Below, one piece after another: positions 36,680-49,419 of a DNA stretch of 64,000 bases. The notes below the pieces were generated by a model, which searched no databases, was not told the DNA's origin, and worked only from the letters and a program-made list of their open reading frames with translations. The translations under genes were made by a program, and so were the position numbers. The DNA is from Sphyrna mokarran (lineage: Eukaryota), in assembly GCA_024679065.1 (NCBI GenBank), contig JAGIQG010000016.1:11966001-12030000 (forward strand), written 5' to 3'. Within the stretch, counting starts at the first letter, position 1, and every line of letters begins with the position of its first letter.

Positions 36680-39600
36680 ATCAACAGGAACACAATATGC
36701 GTATTGAATATCGAGTCTGTAGAAACATGAATCTAAAAAAGAAATGATCATTTAGTTTCGGCGAGCTTGAATTCCTAGCCAAATGAGTGGAATAATGTAA
36801 CTTCAACCGTGCTTGTCTATAATTGAAGTGAAATTTCATTGACATTTCTGCAGTCAAACCTTCGACCAAATATTGACAGCAGCCAACACAGCGTGTTAAA
36901 GGAAAGTTTAATAGTTCCAACCAGGCGATTGTCACGTCACCAAAGCTGATGTACTAAAAAAAACATTAATCATACTACACAGAGTGTTCACTGTGTGCTG
37001 CCTGCATCAAAGTGCAGGAACACTGGCACTTCTGTTTGAATATAGGTATGGGGATCCTTGATTGGGCCACTTGCTGGCACTCAATGAAGGAAATCTGACC
37101 TGTTTCAATCAGGGATTCCACAATCAAGCATGCCAACCTCAATTGTGTGGCAAAAGTCATCATGCTCCCCACCTAATTCCCAATGTCCGCGGAATCAGCT
37201 CGATTTGAATTTCTCACGTTTGTTTTTATCTGATGGGGCGCCGGAACTGGATCTTCCAACTTGGTCTCTAACGTTGATGGGGTGTACTGTTTTGGGCGCC
37301 TATCTCTTCTGAAGTGAACGCGGAACGCTGATTCCCTTCTATCTCTGTTATTAGGAGAACAGTTGCAGCTTTGCCCCTGTGTTCATCTCGGATTTTGAGA
37401 TTCTAGCCAAGGTGCTGGTGATTCAATGCTGGCCCGTCCAGAAGGAATCTCTCGTCCCGACGACTATATGGACGACTCGGCTCAGAATCGGACTGTGATT
37501 TGAGGCACATATGACGGCCTTGCCCATACATACCTGGTCGGATACCTGTTCGGTCGTGGATTCGACTTTTCCATGTGGGTGCATTTCTGTAATGCCTTAC
37601 CCACATTTTCTGGTTGTGTCAATGTACAATGGGTCTCTTGGCCTTTTAAAACCTTCCTTTAAAAAAAATAGGAAACTCAGTCTGGAATGAATCATCAGTT
37701 GGAGCTATTTGTCCTATAGTCAAATAGCCAGCAGAAGAATTTAGTTTCTATTGACATCCCTGACTGAATTTTCAACTCGTTTTTTAAGTCTGGACCGCTG
37801 CTACCCCTAGCCCATTTGACGCTGCGTGGAATGGTGCTATCCTGACATTACGAATCCCATTCAATTACATGAATTTTGCGAACTCTATGCTGATGAAAGT
37901 CTATTGTCTGAAACTGACAATTCTGGGATGTCATACATTGCAAACGAGGTGTGCAGATCCTCAACTGTTGCTGCTGTGTCTGCCAAGTTCAATTTTTCGA
38001 CCTCCAAAAAATTGGAATAGGTGTCTAGAATTACCAAAAACATGGAGCAATAAAAGTTCTGATAATTGACATGGAGTCGCAACTATGGTCTTCCTGGCCA
38101 TTCCCGGGAGTGTAGCAGAACTAGCAATTGTGCATTTTGCCAATGTTGGTATTTCTGGCATGGTGCCAACAATTCCGCTACGTTTGTATCTAGATCTGGC
38201 CACCAGACATCGCCCCTGACCAACCTCTTCATTTCCGATGTTCCAGGGTGCCCATGGCGTACTTGGGCCGGTATGATTTAACAGCTCCAACTTGGTCCCA
38301 TGATCCATACTCCCGTAGCAATATCCCGTCTTTTCCATTTTTCTTTTCCAATGTGGTGAACTTGTGAGTGGAGCGGAGTTTCAACTCACCCGCTATCTCC
38401 ACGTGTTTTAGCTTTGTTAATTCTCGTATTTTTGTGTCCCCGAGTGTATGCTGTGTGCGGGCACCGCTAGGGTGTCCAGGAAGTTTAGTGTCATTTCCAT
38501 TTCCTCCGTTCTGTATACCAACAGCCGAGTGTCCATTAATGACAGCCTGCTTAGAACATTAATGCTTGCCACACGAATCCCCGGCCTGTGCTCCAAAAGA
38601 TGTTGCCAGTAATAACATCAGCGCTGGATCCAGGACGACGTTATTGGCGGCAATGCTTTGTCCTCCTTGAATCGGACCAGCAAGGGTTTGTGATCTGTGA
38701 TAATCCTGAATCACCACCCATATAGGTTCAGGTGCATTGTGTTTTTACTCTGAAAAAAAAACAGTTGGACACACATTTTCCCTTTATGAGTTATTTGTTC
38801 CAGTATTGCTCGGGATTTGGAGGCAAACACTTTTGTTGTTCATATCAATTTTGCCACCTCAGTGCCAAAAAATGCCAAACCCGTGTGAGCATATGTCGCA
38901 GGTGAGCACCAATTCTTTCTTGTGTTTGTTATGTTGTAAAACTTTTGTTGATAAGAACTGTTCTTTAGTTTTCTTGAACGTCTTGATTTGGCGACATACC
39001 ATTCCTGGCGGACATTTTCAATTGTTCGCATCCGCCCCTCAAGATGTCGACTCAACTGTTCTACTTTGAACTACAAATCGGTTACGTACGGTGCTAAAGA
39101 GAAACATTTCTCTCCATTCAATCGAACACACTGCTACAAATCCGCTACAGTCTTCCGCCAGTTTTGCAGTTTTTTTTTTGTTCTGCCCTTGTTGTCCCAG
39201 TAATGTGAACACCGTCCAGGCAAATGACAACCTGTAACAATCCTTCTGCTATGCTTCATATTGTTATCTGGAATGAAACACAGGCTGACTATATCACACA
39301 AGTTAATATTTGATACTTGACGGTGACTCTCAGCGGGTTTTACGAATCTTCATCATTTTTGGTTTATATGACTGATGTCTCATTTTGTGAATAAGGATCC
39401 TCCTGCCAGTTTTGCATATAGAATTTCGATGCGGAAATTGGCGATTTATCCAGTTGTGAATGATGATTTACTGTTCTGTGTAAAATCACCACAAAGATGT
39501 TGTAAGTGATCCAGCTGCAGGATAGCTACAACGTATGCCGCCCATTCTTAAAATTGGAACAGTTTCCATTCTCTAACCTTTTAATTTCCATATCCGCCTA

Positions 39601-41684
39601 TTCTCTGAAGGTGCCCTGTGCAGTCCTGGGAAGCAACATTTTCGAACTGCCTTCGGGAGGACGCTTGATTTCGTTTCAAATCTTTTAATTGTTCGGAGCT
39701 CTTCCTGAAAATAATAAAAACAAAATGTTTCCACGTTTTTGCTCAAAACTTCACTCATGGTGTTCCAGCTGAAATATGTTTGCCCAAACAAATTGGATTT
39801 CCTGCAGCCTATTTTGTCATTTCTACTACCATTATGGTAACCTAACCAGTTATTTTGTACAATCAATTCACATAGTGTCCAACACTATCATTTTTTTCCC
39901 GTAAAAGTCCACAGTCTTGTCGAAGTCCTGGTCAGGTATAAGTAGTCCAGTGATTATTTTATTAAATGGTCTTTTCTCTACCAGTCATATAGCTGTACCT
40001 TTGGCGACCTCCACGGAAAGTGGACATCCATTCAGTTTCACTGACAATTTGGTCATTAGTCCGCCTAGTAAGTGATCCTCATCAGAAGTAGATTGGGCTT
40101 CCAAGTTGCACATTTTCTTGTCCATTGGCCTAACTGACCTGTTTGGACATGAACGATTTGGAACCTTGCATGTCTTTATGACTCCTGACACGGGTAAACA
40201 TTGTAACGTCGTGTCGATCGAGGACTTGCATGGATTGCTGTCTGTCTAGACATAATTCAACTTTGTTTGTCAGTCGTTCTGTGGTTTTGCCCGGGTTCTC
40301 TTGCATCCGAATCCTTCCGGAGGGAGCTATACAGTGGCCTCCTCCATAGTAAATCCCCTAACTTTGCTGCACTGATGTAAGTGTCTACTTCTATTACAGG
40401 ACATTGTGACTCATTTGTTCCGCTTGTTGGCCTTTCTATAAATAAAGACAACTGTAATTCTTGTTTATAACCCAGCTGGGCCTCTGCGAACGTTTTTTTT
40501 TTCCTAAGAACATTCCATTGAATCTGCATACCAATTCGTCTCGGAGCACCTTGCTTAATCTCGCCATGAATTTGAAAGCTGTGCCAATCATCTTAATCTT
40601 GTTAGGAATCGAGTGATTTCCTTCTCCATCTCTCGAAGTGCCGAGTAAAACCAATATATTCATAGGATGAGAGGTGGCTTCCGGTCGTAATATTATTTTA
40701 TAAATCCCTCAATTCCTGAAAGAATTTATGTTTGATGTCTTGGAAAAGATAAGCTGTGCATAACTGCAAAAGCTGTCGATACGCAAACAGTCAGCAGGGT
40801 ATGTCTTTTCTTTTCATCTCACACCATGTTGTTACCGCTGTCAAAATGTTTCATTTGTGTTAGCAATTGGGCTCAATTCTCTACGATTGAGATAAAATAA
40901 TTCCACTTCTCGAATAGAGGCTTGTTTACTCAGCAACGACCTATCCTCAATGTGTACTGCTTAAGACATTTCCATAATATCACGCTGTTTTCCTCACGTC
41001 ACTCAGTTCCCTTCACAACCACCGTCGTAAGTCCATAGAGGAGAAAGCACCGTGAACAAAACTCCTTCATTAAAAAAAAATCATCACACTATAAAAAGTG
41101 TCCACAGTGTGCTGTATGCATCAGAGTTCAGATGGATTGGCGCAACGGTTTCAATACAGGGCATGGGGTCCCTCTGAATGAACCATTAATTAGCTAACAA
41201 TCTGCGAGTTCATATGTAACCATGCCAAATTCTGTTAGCTAAGTCGTCACAGAAATAGTTTGAAATAAACTTTGAAAAAAAATGTGAATTTGTGCTGTGC
41301 AACTGTTGCGAGAACAGAAAAGGTCTGCAAGGGCAAAGCACTGCTGGAGCAAATGGATGTGAAAGTAGATGAAAGTGGTTCAAAGGGATTGCTTTGTCAA
41401 TTATATTCTATTGTCTGACCGCTCCTGCAATAGCAGCCTAGCCCAATTCAGACTCCTGAATACCAAATTGTCGAAAGGATTTGAAAATCAACGCTGACTA
41501 TATTGATACTGATTTTCCAGCTTCCCCTTTCAATTGCAGGCATAGTTTTTTGATCAAATAGAGTTATGCTTCATGTCAAGGGGTTATCATGCACGATCCA
41601 GAAAAGAAACACAGTTACCCATGGGCAGAATTGAACCTGTCTCTCAGAGAGTCCTCTATGCTAATCACAATGCCATTGTACTTC
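36680..41684 (-). pseudogene. Exon remnant with the best-preserved CTLD, split by Gypsy
   Basis: HG*LCFFS..P*HEA*LY...SGV*IGL...EYN*QSN; beyond the LTR element PGWNY / GCCQYLVEG..FNYRQAR..THLARNSSSPKLNDHF. Confidence 0.75.
36930..41251 (-). mobile_element. Gypsy LTR retrotransposon, old, with both LTRs (about 36930-37160 and 41033-41251)
   Basis: Gag about 40830-40200; protease KLNGCPLSVEV; RT and RNase H remnants; integrase RLHVNY..MFLVILDTYSNFLEV..PELSVSDN. LTRs share cac.gtgtgctg..tgcatca.agt.cag...ttt.aata.agg..tggg.tcc. Confidence 0.9.
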
Positions 41685-41840
41685 CTTAAATTAATAAGAT
41701 AACGGAAGAAGATTGGACTTGGGGACCAACATCCAAAAAAGTCAGTATAGTTAGTGTTTTTCAATTCGACTGGACAACCCCCCACCCCACCCCGCACTCT
41801 ACAAAGCCATGCTTTTGTTATTTTGCTACAGGTGTCTTAC

Positions 41841-41953
41841 AATTGCAACATCTTTGACCAATGTGTTCCTTTCTTTTTTCGCCAGCAATTTGTGACGATT
41901 ATGAAACTAGGGGCTAATCATGATATGTTATGATAAACAATGCCCAATTTCTT
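41841..41953 (-). pseudogene. Exon remnant, CTLD end
   Basis: tttttcgagcag acceptor, gtaaga donor; EIGHCLS /fs/ VTNCWRKKKG. Confidence 0.55.
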
Positions 41954-42039
41954 CTGCTCGAAAAATAAATCCACAGTATTATAAACGAATGTGCATGACA
42001 GACTTGACAATGGATATTATTTCCATCCATTTGAACGCA

Positions 42040-43160
42040 TTATTTTTTTTTTCTGTTTCGATGGTGAATTTCACAACGCTTTGTACTAAATTAATATTGA
42101 CCAATGAGGGCATCGAAGTACTCTAGCATATATGGACTCATGAAAACCAATGCAGAAAACTGCCTCTGATGGTCATGATACTTGGCATTTATATAAAAAA
42201 TGATTTTGTGGTTAGAATTCTAAATATCATATTTGGTCTATCAATTCAGGGTTCCATGCAGTTGTGAAACTGGATTCAACCATCTTTAGTCATCAATGAT
42301 TTTCAATAGCTTGTTAAGTACCGAGTTTGGGCCCATGCTCCCCATGACTTGCATAACGTGGAACATCATTTGCGATGCTGAAACAACCCATTGCCATATG
42401 CAGCAGCAGCTGGACAATATGCAAATGTGCATAGTCGTAAAGCAAGTAAAATTCGCACTACACAATTATAAGAGTATGTCCATATCCCAAAAAAATGGAT
42501 TTAGTCATTGCCACTTGGCATTCAAGGGTTTCCATAGGTTGGGACCCCACACCAGCAACAACCTGAACGGTAACGTTGACTAGATTATGATTTGGGCAAG
42601 CTATTTAAATACTGTTTCCACAGAAGACGGGACACTGCTGTAAATCATGCGGCAAGTAATGCATCTCATAACTTGCAAACTATGGTTCACGAAGTGCAAA
42701 TCCGGAATGAAATTATGTATTCTCCAGTTGAAAAATGAGATTAAGTCCTACAACACTGAAAATGCCCGATACCACTCAAAAAAACTTTTTACTTGTTGTC
42801 TGCCCCGTTACACAATTATTCAGTATCTCTACCACTGCGGAGCAAGAACATCAGTTTATAGCATTAGTAGGATGAATTTTCACAAACTCTCCAAGGCTCA
42901 AGGCTACACCTTTGAAAAACACGGACATTACAATTTGGAACGACAAGGACCTCAGATGGGAACTCCACCTTCTGCTGTTGCACCAGAACGTTACTTAACA
43001 TCCCGACATGCGAATGTATCGTTGTTTCTTCACTGTCACCGGATGAAAATCATGGAACTCTCTCCCTATCAACGACTTAAATGTACCATCACCTTAAAGA
43101 CTATGGTGATTCATGAAGACAATTCACTATATTCCCCAAAATTCACACATTCAGCAATAT
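42040..43160 (+). mobile_element. Old CR1/L2-group LINE RT remnant
   Basis: MQQQLDNMQ...QVKFALH; TIFS..ND remnant. Confidence 0.7.
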
Positions 43161-43264
43161 GCAGAACATCATTGCAAGAGTACTTGTACAGATTTTTTTT
43201 TGATGAGATGCTGTAAAACTGTAGTAATGGGTTACACCTGATGCTCTACATGATTTGCTGTTAC

Positions 43265-44307
43265 CAGTTGGATTGAAATGACTGATCAGATATGTTGCAG
43301 GTGTGACGCAAGTATCTGCATAGAAGACAAAGTCCGAACTTCAAAAATCACAATTGAAAATTGCTGCCAATGTACAAAAATCGTTAATTACCCATTTGAA
43401 TAAATTGTTCACATTGTGACGGATATTTATTTTAAAAGGCATTTGGACAGCCACATGGGGTTAAAATAGTTATAGAGGGGTGTGGGCCAAATACAGGCAA
43501 CTGAAATTAGCTTAGGGGTTTATAAACAATGGCATGGGCATGTTGGGCCGAAGGGCCAGTTTCCATGCTGTAAACGTCTCTGAGCCTATTTCAATAATAA
43601 CTGGTTTCTTTAAAAAAAAAACAGTGAACGAATATTCCCGATGAGATAAAACATGTTGTTGTCATGTAATGGTGGAGTATTCAGTGAACATGTAGGAGTT
43701 TGGGTTTTGAAGATGAATGGTTCAAAACAGCCAACAAATTATTTCCACTCCCCCGCGATGATCGATTCCAGTTTCACTTTGCAAAATCAGAAGTAGTGCC
43801 ACGAATTACCTTTGTCTTTTTGTTTAAACCTTTCCTCTGTTACGGAGAATCACAATGTTATCAATGACATATCGCATCATTTAGTAACTAATTTGACTTC
43901 AGTAATGTTGACGCCATGTTTCTGCTGTTATTTATATAATATCCTATACAGTACCCCTCAAGAAAAACTTCAACGGCACATCCAATAATCAAATATAAAG
44001 ACACCCTTAGTATAGCAGTATGAGTTAAAGATCTTAGCAAGCATAGGAATGAAAAAAAAACTAACTTCAAACAGATGAGATGTCATCAGGTTATGGGTGA
44101 ACAGCATGGCGACTGACAAGTTTACTGAGCCTGCCTGGTGCCTTATTATTTGAAAACAGTCACTTGTTAAACTATGACAGGAATGTAACCATTGGCATAG
44201 GCAGCTAACACAGATGTAGACATCACAGAGGCAAACTGATGATGTAGGAAGACCTGAGGAATACCAATGAACTGGAAGATGAAATACAATCGTGCGATAA
44301 AAGGGTG
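43265..44307 (-). pseudogene. Exon remnants, WSC-like and CTLD (approx.), with a CR1-tail insert
   Basis: SGLPTSSVCLCD...C...C; KIFNSYCY; FVGCFEP /fs/ YMTTTCF. Confidence 0.5.
43432..43590 (+). mobile_element. CR1 3' tail fragment
   Basis: ggcatttggacag..gggccaaat..ttgggccgaagggccagtttccatgctgta. Confidence 0.85.
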
Positions 44308-44564
44308 CTGGAATGCACATAATTTTTAAGATACAACATTGAAATAGGTAAGACGCTGTGTACTATTGCATGGCTATAAAACGTTCAAACATACAAATTC
44401 TCCTCGACTTTAAGGAATGCGCAGAGAGATATATTTAAGGGACAACGCAATTTCAAATTCATGCAAGATTGTGTTGTCTTTATTGTTGAGAGATGAACTC
44501 ACAACTGTTTCCAGAAAAAAATATCAAGAACGTATTTTCACTGCTGAATTGCAAAACGGTCTGT

Positions 44565-44700
44565 TCATTCATCCTTCCGTCCGTGTGCTGTCCATTCATC
44601 CATCCGTCTGCCGTTCCGCCGTTTGTGTGTCCGTACATCCGTTCATCCGGTCGTCGGTCAAAACGCCTGCCCATCTCTTTGTACGTCTGTCTGTTCAACC
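44565..44700 (+). repeat. Decayed (TCCR/TCTG)n microsatellite
   Basis: Visible 4-mer periodicity. Confidence 0.7.
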
Positions 44701-44757
44701 AGCTGTCCAGAAAGTACTAGCACATTTTTGAGTGTGTGCTTAACGAGCAAATTATAC

Positions 44758-45059
44758 GGATGACAACATTATTTTATTATAATTGCTTGAATTCCATTGA
44801 TTTCTGAATTATATCGGTTAGCAATCTGTCTTCATTTTTCAAACCAGATGTCTCAGTTGGTTCCCGGATTACCGCCATGGGAACTATTGCAATTTTGCTG
44901 CACAATAAAAAACAAAAAAAAAACACTCTATAAAGGCCACCGCAAGACACTTACGGCCACTTTATCGGCCACATCTCATACTCCTCTCAAATTCTTCGAA
45001 ACATGTATTGCTTTTAGTCCACACTTGCCAAATCTTCCCAAATATGCAATTCACATAAC
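44758..45059 (-). pseudogene. Exon remnant, complete WSC-like domain
   Basis: ttaactttag acceptor; GYVNC...RCGR*SGRKCLAVAFIECF /fs/ QNCNSSHGGNPGTN*. Confidence 0.6.
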
Positions 45060-46027
45060 CTAAAGTTAAGTTGAAACTAAAATAGAATGTTTATAAGTGG
45101 CTCAAACGTTTCAACTTTTTTCTTAATTGATGATGTCACCGATTCAAAAAGCGATACAATGTTATCCCTGTAGTCATCGCCTGTGTTGTGCCCTATGCAA
45201 GTTGTTGTCGATAGCATCTCCTACGCGTTGAATGATTAAATATTTATCACTATTGTGCATATCTCACAAATCCTCTTTTAAAAAATGTAGCTTACCACTC
45301 TTTTAGACACACCGTTTCTCAACGCAATCAAAAACACACATGAATTCATCCCGAATATCTGCGGCATGACATCACCTTCCAGAATTTTATCGACCTACAT
45401 TTGTTTGAAATTGCACGAATTGGGGCCAACAAATTTTTTTTTTTTTGGTAAAGGAAAGGTAAACTTGTAGCATTCCAATTAGATTGCCAGGCTGTCGACT
45501 TCTTGTTTGCTGACGCTCAAGGAAGTTCATGATCACGCTGCCTCGGTATGATATTTTGTCCCATAGATAAACAATGAGAAGTTTCGGCTTCAACTTTCTT
45601 TTGTTTTATGTTAGTCCAACATGGTACACTGATATAATTATATTTAAAAAAATATTTTCACGTAAATGTATTACCTGAAAACAAACAAAAAATGCTCTTG
45701 GAAACTGCTTTGTTTGTTTTGTATACAGCGACCAGTTATATTGTTATAGAACTACGCACCTGCAGCTCTCAGTTTTTTCGTCAGATTTGCTATTTCTGTC
45801 GGGAAAAAAAAAAGAAAAGCGAAAGAACTTTATGGTTAATGAGACAAAAGAATATCATGGTTGCATTCAGACACGAACTTCATCAATCCAAGTTGTTTTA
45901 CTTTTCTGGCTTCCATTCTACAAGATTGAAATGGCTAAAGAACAAAATGATTTTCATGCTCCAGAATAGATACATACAGTAAGTAAATAAATATGTAAAC
46001 AAACAAATAAATAATGACACAAACCAA

Positions 46028-46033
46028 ATAGAT

Positions 46034-46077
<44 letters not shown>

Positions 46078-46118
46078 GTAGATAGGTAGATAGATAGATA
46101 GATGGAAAGGTGGATAGG
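46028..46118 (+). repeat. (GATA)n microsatellite
   Basis: Directly visible. Confidence 0.95.
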
Positions 46119-46182
46119 TAAACAAATCCTTAAGTAAGTGGATGAATGAATCAACAAATAAATACTTGCATAAATATATAAA

Positions 46183-46265
46183 GAACAGAGAACAAAACAG
46201 CACGGGAAATAGGACCTTTAGCCCAACAAGCCACCACGATGTTCCCACCTCTACCTGCGATCCCT
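46183..46265 (-). mobile_element. CR1 tail fragment of the 24515 subfamily
   Basis: Reverse complement resembles 25652-25745 (cagggatcgc..gtgggaacatcg..). Confidence 0.8.
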
Positions 46266-47989
46266 GATAAGTAGATAAAGAATACACAATGCGACCTGTA
46301 TTGAGTGATCAAAGATTTGGCGTTCAAAAAAAGTAAAAAAACAAAGATAAATGAGAAATTTGTTAAAAAAAACACACGTTATGTCCAAAAAATGTTTTTG
46401 TTCAATATGTCATACGTATTGACTGGAATGATGTGACTTTTTTTTTTGTTTTCTTAATAGAAAACAAATTACCTGAGATTTTGCATTGGCTACAAAATTA
46501 TTCACAACGGCGTATTTCATCAGTTGCTAGCTTAACAAGCATGTGGATTATTCCCCTTTTTTTATGGAACATAAATAAATTGTCTAACCAAACTTGATAT
46601 TTATATCCACTAAGGATGTTGGGAAAAAAAAACAGAATGTAGAGTGTCATGTTGCTTATTGACGTTATTTGAACTTCAGTCAACTACAGATATTATACCT
46701 GAAACAGAAATTAATTTGGATTTTGAATAATATGGTAGATCAAAGGATGAATGCTGAGATTTTTCCTCACATTTGTCGCAGGTACATTTAATATCATTTG
46801 ATTTGTTTTCGTCACCCATATTGGCATTGAGTCAAATTACAAATAAAACTGAATTTTATAGTCAGAACATGGAAAAATGTAACAACTCATACTTGGTTCA
46901 AATATGCTATGGCAAATAAAATGATTTTATACACAGCTGGCCGGGCTAAAATCTGATTTTATGCGGTGCAAGAGCTTGATGCAGAAGTTTCATTTCATGA
47001 CGAGAAAAAAGTGGCTCTTCCTCAGCTCAATTCCACCAAATAAAAATGATTAGACATGCAATTTAAGAATGACATACATAGAGTGAGCAAAATATGTATT
47101 TCTAATTATTACAGTGCTAACTAAATAACACAAGACACGTAATAAGATCATTGAGATAAAAAAAAGTCACAAGGACATTTGGAGGACATTATATTTCTCA
47201 ACCACTTTTGAGAGGAAAAAAAACACAATGTCAATTTTAAGGAGTATATTGAAAAGCTAATTTGCGAAAATCCAGTACAAAATATTAAAAATGCGTTGGT
47301 TTAGAGCTTAAACTAATAAACTCCATCAATTACAGGAGCATCGAAATCGATGTTTTCTTAAGACTAGAATTAGAGGAAGATGAAAGTCATCTTGTTGCAT
47401 TTAACTTCAGAGAAAAAAAAAACGTTTGAAATGTACCTTCCGGTTTTAACCAAATGTGTTAATTGATAAAGTCATGCAAGACAGAATGGAAATGCTGCAA
47501 AGCGAAGTGAAAACAGAAAACGCTTAAACATTTCAACGGGTCTCATAGCAGTTTGGAACGAAACTATCGTAAAGTTTCGAGATTGGATGAGCCATCGTCA
47601 AAGCTGAAGACTTAAGAAAACATGATGAGAACCAGTGTTTGGTGGAGGTGGGTGAGATTGTCAAATATTCAACACACCAAAATACAAATTGAATGTACAT
47701 GGTAGTAACCATGTTTCAGAAATACTTGCGTAATAGTCTATTCTGGGCAGAATTTGTTACTGGAATAACAATCAGTTATATTTTAAGTAATACCGAGTGT
47801 CATGCAACACAATGCCCGTCGTCGGTTATTGGGAAGGGAGGCAGAGATCAAGCAACAGATGAAAGGCGAGATTGTCAACAAAAAAACTTAAAAAACGAAG
47901 TGAAAAAAATGCCTGATGTACATCATCTGAAAATAGAGTTCATTGTCTGAAGTTAATGAATTCAAGAAACGTAGAAAATAAACGCAGAA

Positions 47990-48870
47990 AGAAACCATTT
48001 TGACCTTTGAGTTTACTCTGAGATCCATTAAGATCATGTCTGATCATTCAACTCAATGGTCTAACTCTGCATTTTCTCGATATCCTTTGCTCCCATTTGC
48101 AACAACTGTTATATCCAGCCGCCTCTTGAATCCATTGAATTCCCCAGGCTCACCACTTATTGAAGGACGAAATGTCTTCTCACTTCCGTCATAAATGACC
48201 TACCCAGAATTATCAGATTGTGATTCTGGATTCCCACACCATCTGGAAGTTCCTCCGTGCATCTGTCCTGTCTAGATCCGACAGATTGTTTTACAGTCAG
48301 TATGAAATTCCCCTAATCCATACGAACTTCATCGAAAATAAACCAAACTGTTCATCTCTCCACATACAACAGTGTTGGCATCCCCGGAATCAGCTTAGTA
48401 AACGGTTGGTCGAATGTCTTAAGAGCAAAAACATCCTTCACCAGAAAGGAAGAACAAATCTGCACACAATATTCCATCACAAACACGCTGTATAGTTGAA
48501 AAAAGACACTGCTGCTCATGTAGTCAAACGCTATCGTAATGAAGGCTGGCATGGCATTTGCCTTCTTTAATGTCTCCGGCACTCGAATGCTTACCTTAAA
48601 GTAACTGGTGCACAAGGAAACCGAGGTTCCGCTGCACACTCCACATTCCCAGTTCACAGCCACGGAAGTAGTAATTTATTTTCTTGCTTTTGGTTCCAAA
48701 GTGAATAACCTCCCACTTACCCAAATTATACGCATCTGTCATTGATTAGTCTACTCACCCAAAGTGTCAAGATCATTCTGAATGATCAGTGCAGCATCGG
48801 CACAGTTCACTCACCAACCAAATGTTACATTTTGTTCCATCATCCTAATCATACAAATCAATGCTATTTC
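47990..48870 (-). mobile_element. Old CR1 3' part
   Basis: KKANAMPAFI..MEYCVQ..FTKLIPGM (ORF 48352-48663). Confidence 0.85.
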
Positions 48871-49209
48871 TGGAAGGGCCCAACATATCTAATTGAAAGT
48901 TGAGTGTCCTTCCTCCTGCTGATGTTGGGTTTCACTGAGCCAGATGGCGTGTTAACATTCAAGTGAAATGGTAAGTCTTTGAGAGGTTTATGGACTCACA
49001 AAAACAAACTTTCTGCAAAGTTGCCACCGTTCTTGCACAGCGAAGTTGTTCTGCATAATATCATTTCTAAGATTCCATTTGGTCGAACGGACACGTAATT
49101 TTAAAGTTTTTTTATAAATTATAATCATTAGCCAAAAGTAAAGTCTATATTAAATGTTCAATAAAGTTAAAGTGAAATTTGCCTGGTCGGCACACTCCAC
49201 CGTCTGTTT

Positions 49210-49375
49210 GTGTCAAATAATTTAACCAACATGCTTTTCAGAATGTGGAAGGAAACCGAAGCATCGAGAGGAAATCCACACAGACAGGGAGAAAGTACAG
49301 ACTCCACACAGACAGTGACCCAAGACGGAAATAGAAGTCTCGTCCATGCCGCTGTGAGGTAGCATTGCTAACCAA
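49210..49375 (-). mobile_element. HE1-like SINE
   Basis: gaatgtggaaggaaaccga..actccacacagacagtgacccaag..gctgtgagg. Confidence 0.85.
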
Positions 49376-49419
49376 TATTTCAGTGGTAGAAATCTCGGAA
49401 ATGAAAAACAGAGTGTTTG

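Larger units (their letters stand above)
45296..47116 (-). pseudogene. Cluster of four exon remnants (45296-~45590, ~45680-45934, 46473-46698, 46893-47116), CTLD parts
   Basis: NKCRSIKFWKVMSC (gtaagc donor); LD**SSCLNATMIFFC; ITSISN..YQVWLD (ttctgtttcag acceptor, gtaatt donor); GQLCIKSFY. Confidence 0.55.

Noticed and set aside
41255-41684. UGA recoding (Trp or selenocysteine) making the lectin gene functional
   Set aside because: TAA/TAG stops, frameshifts and TE insertions are also abundant; single-base decay of TGG/TGY codons explains the TGAs.
42647-43216. 189-aa plus-strand gene
   Set aside because: Lies within a degenerate LINE remnant.
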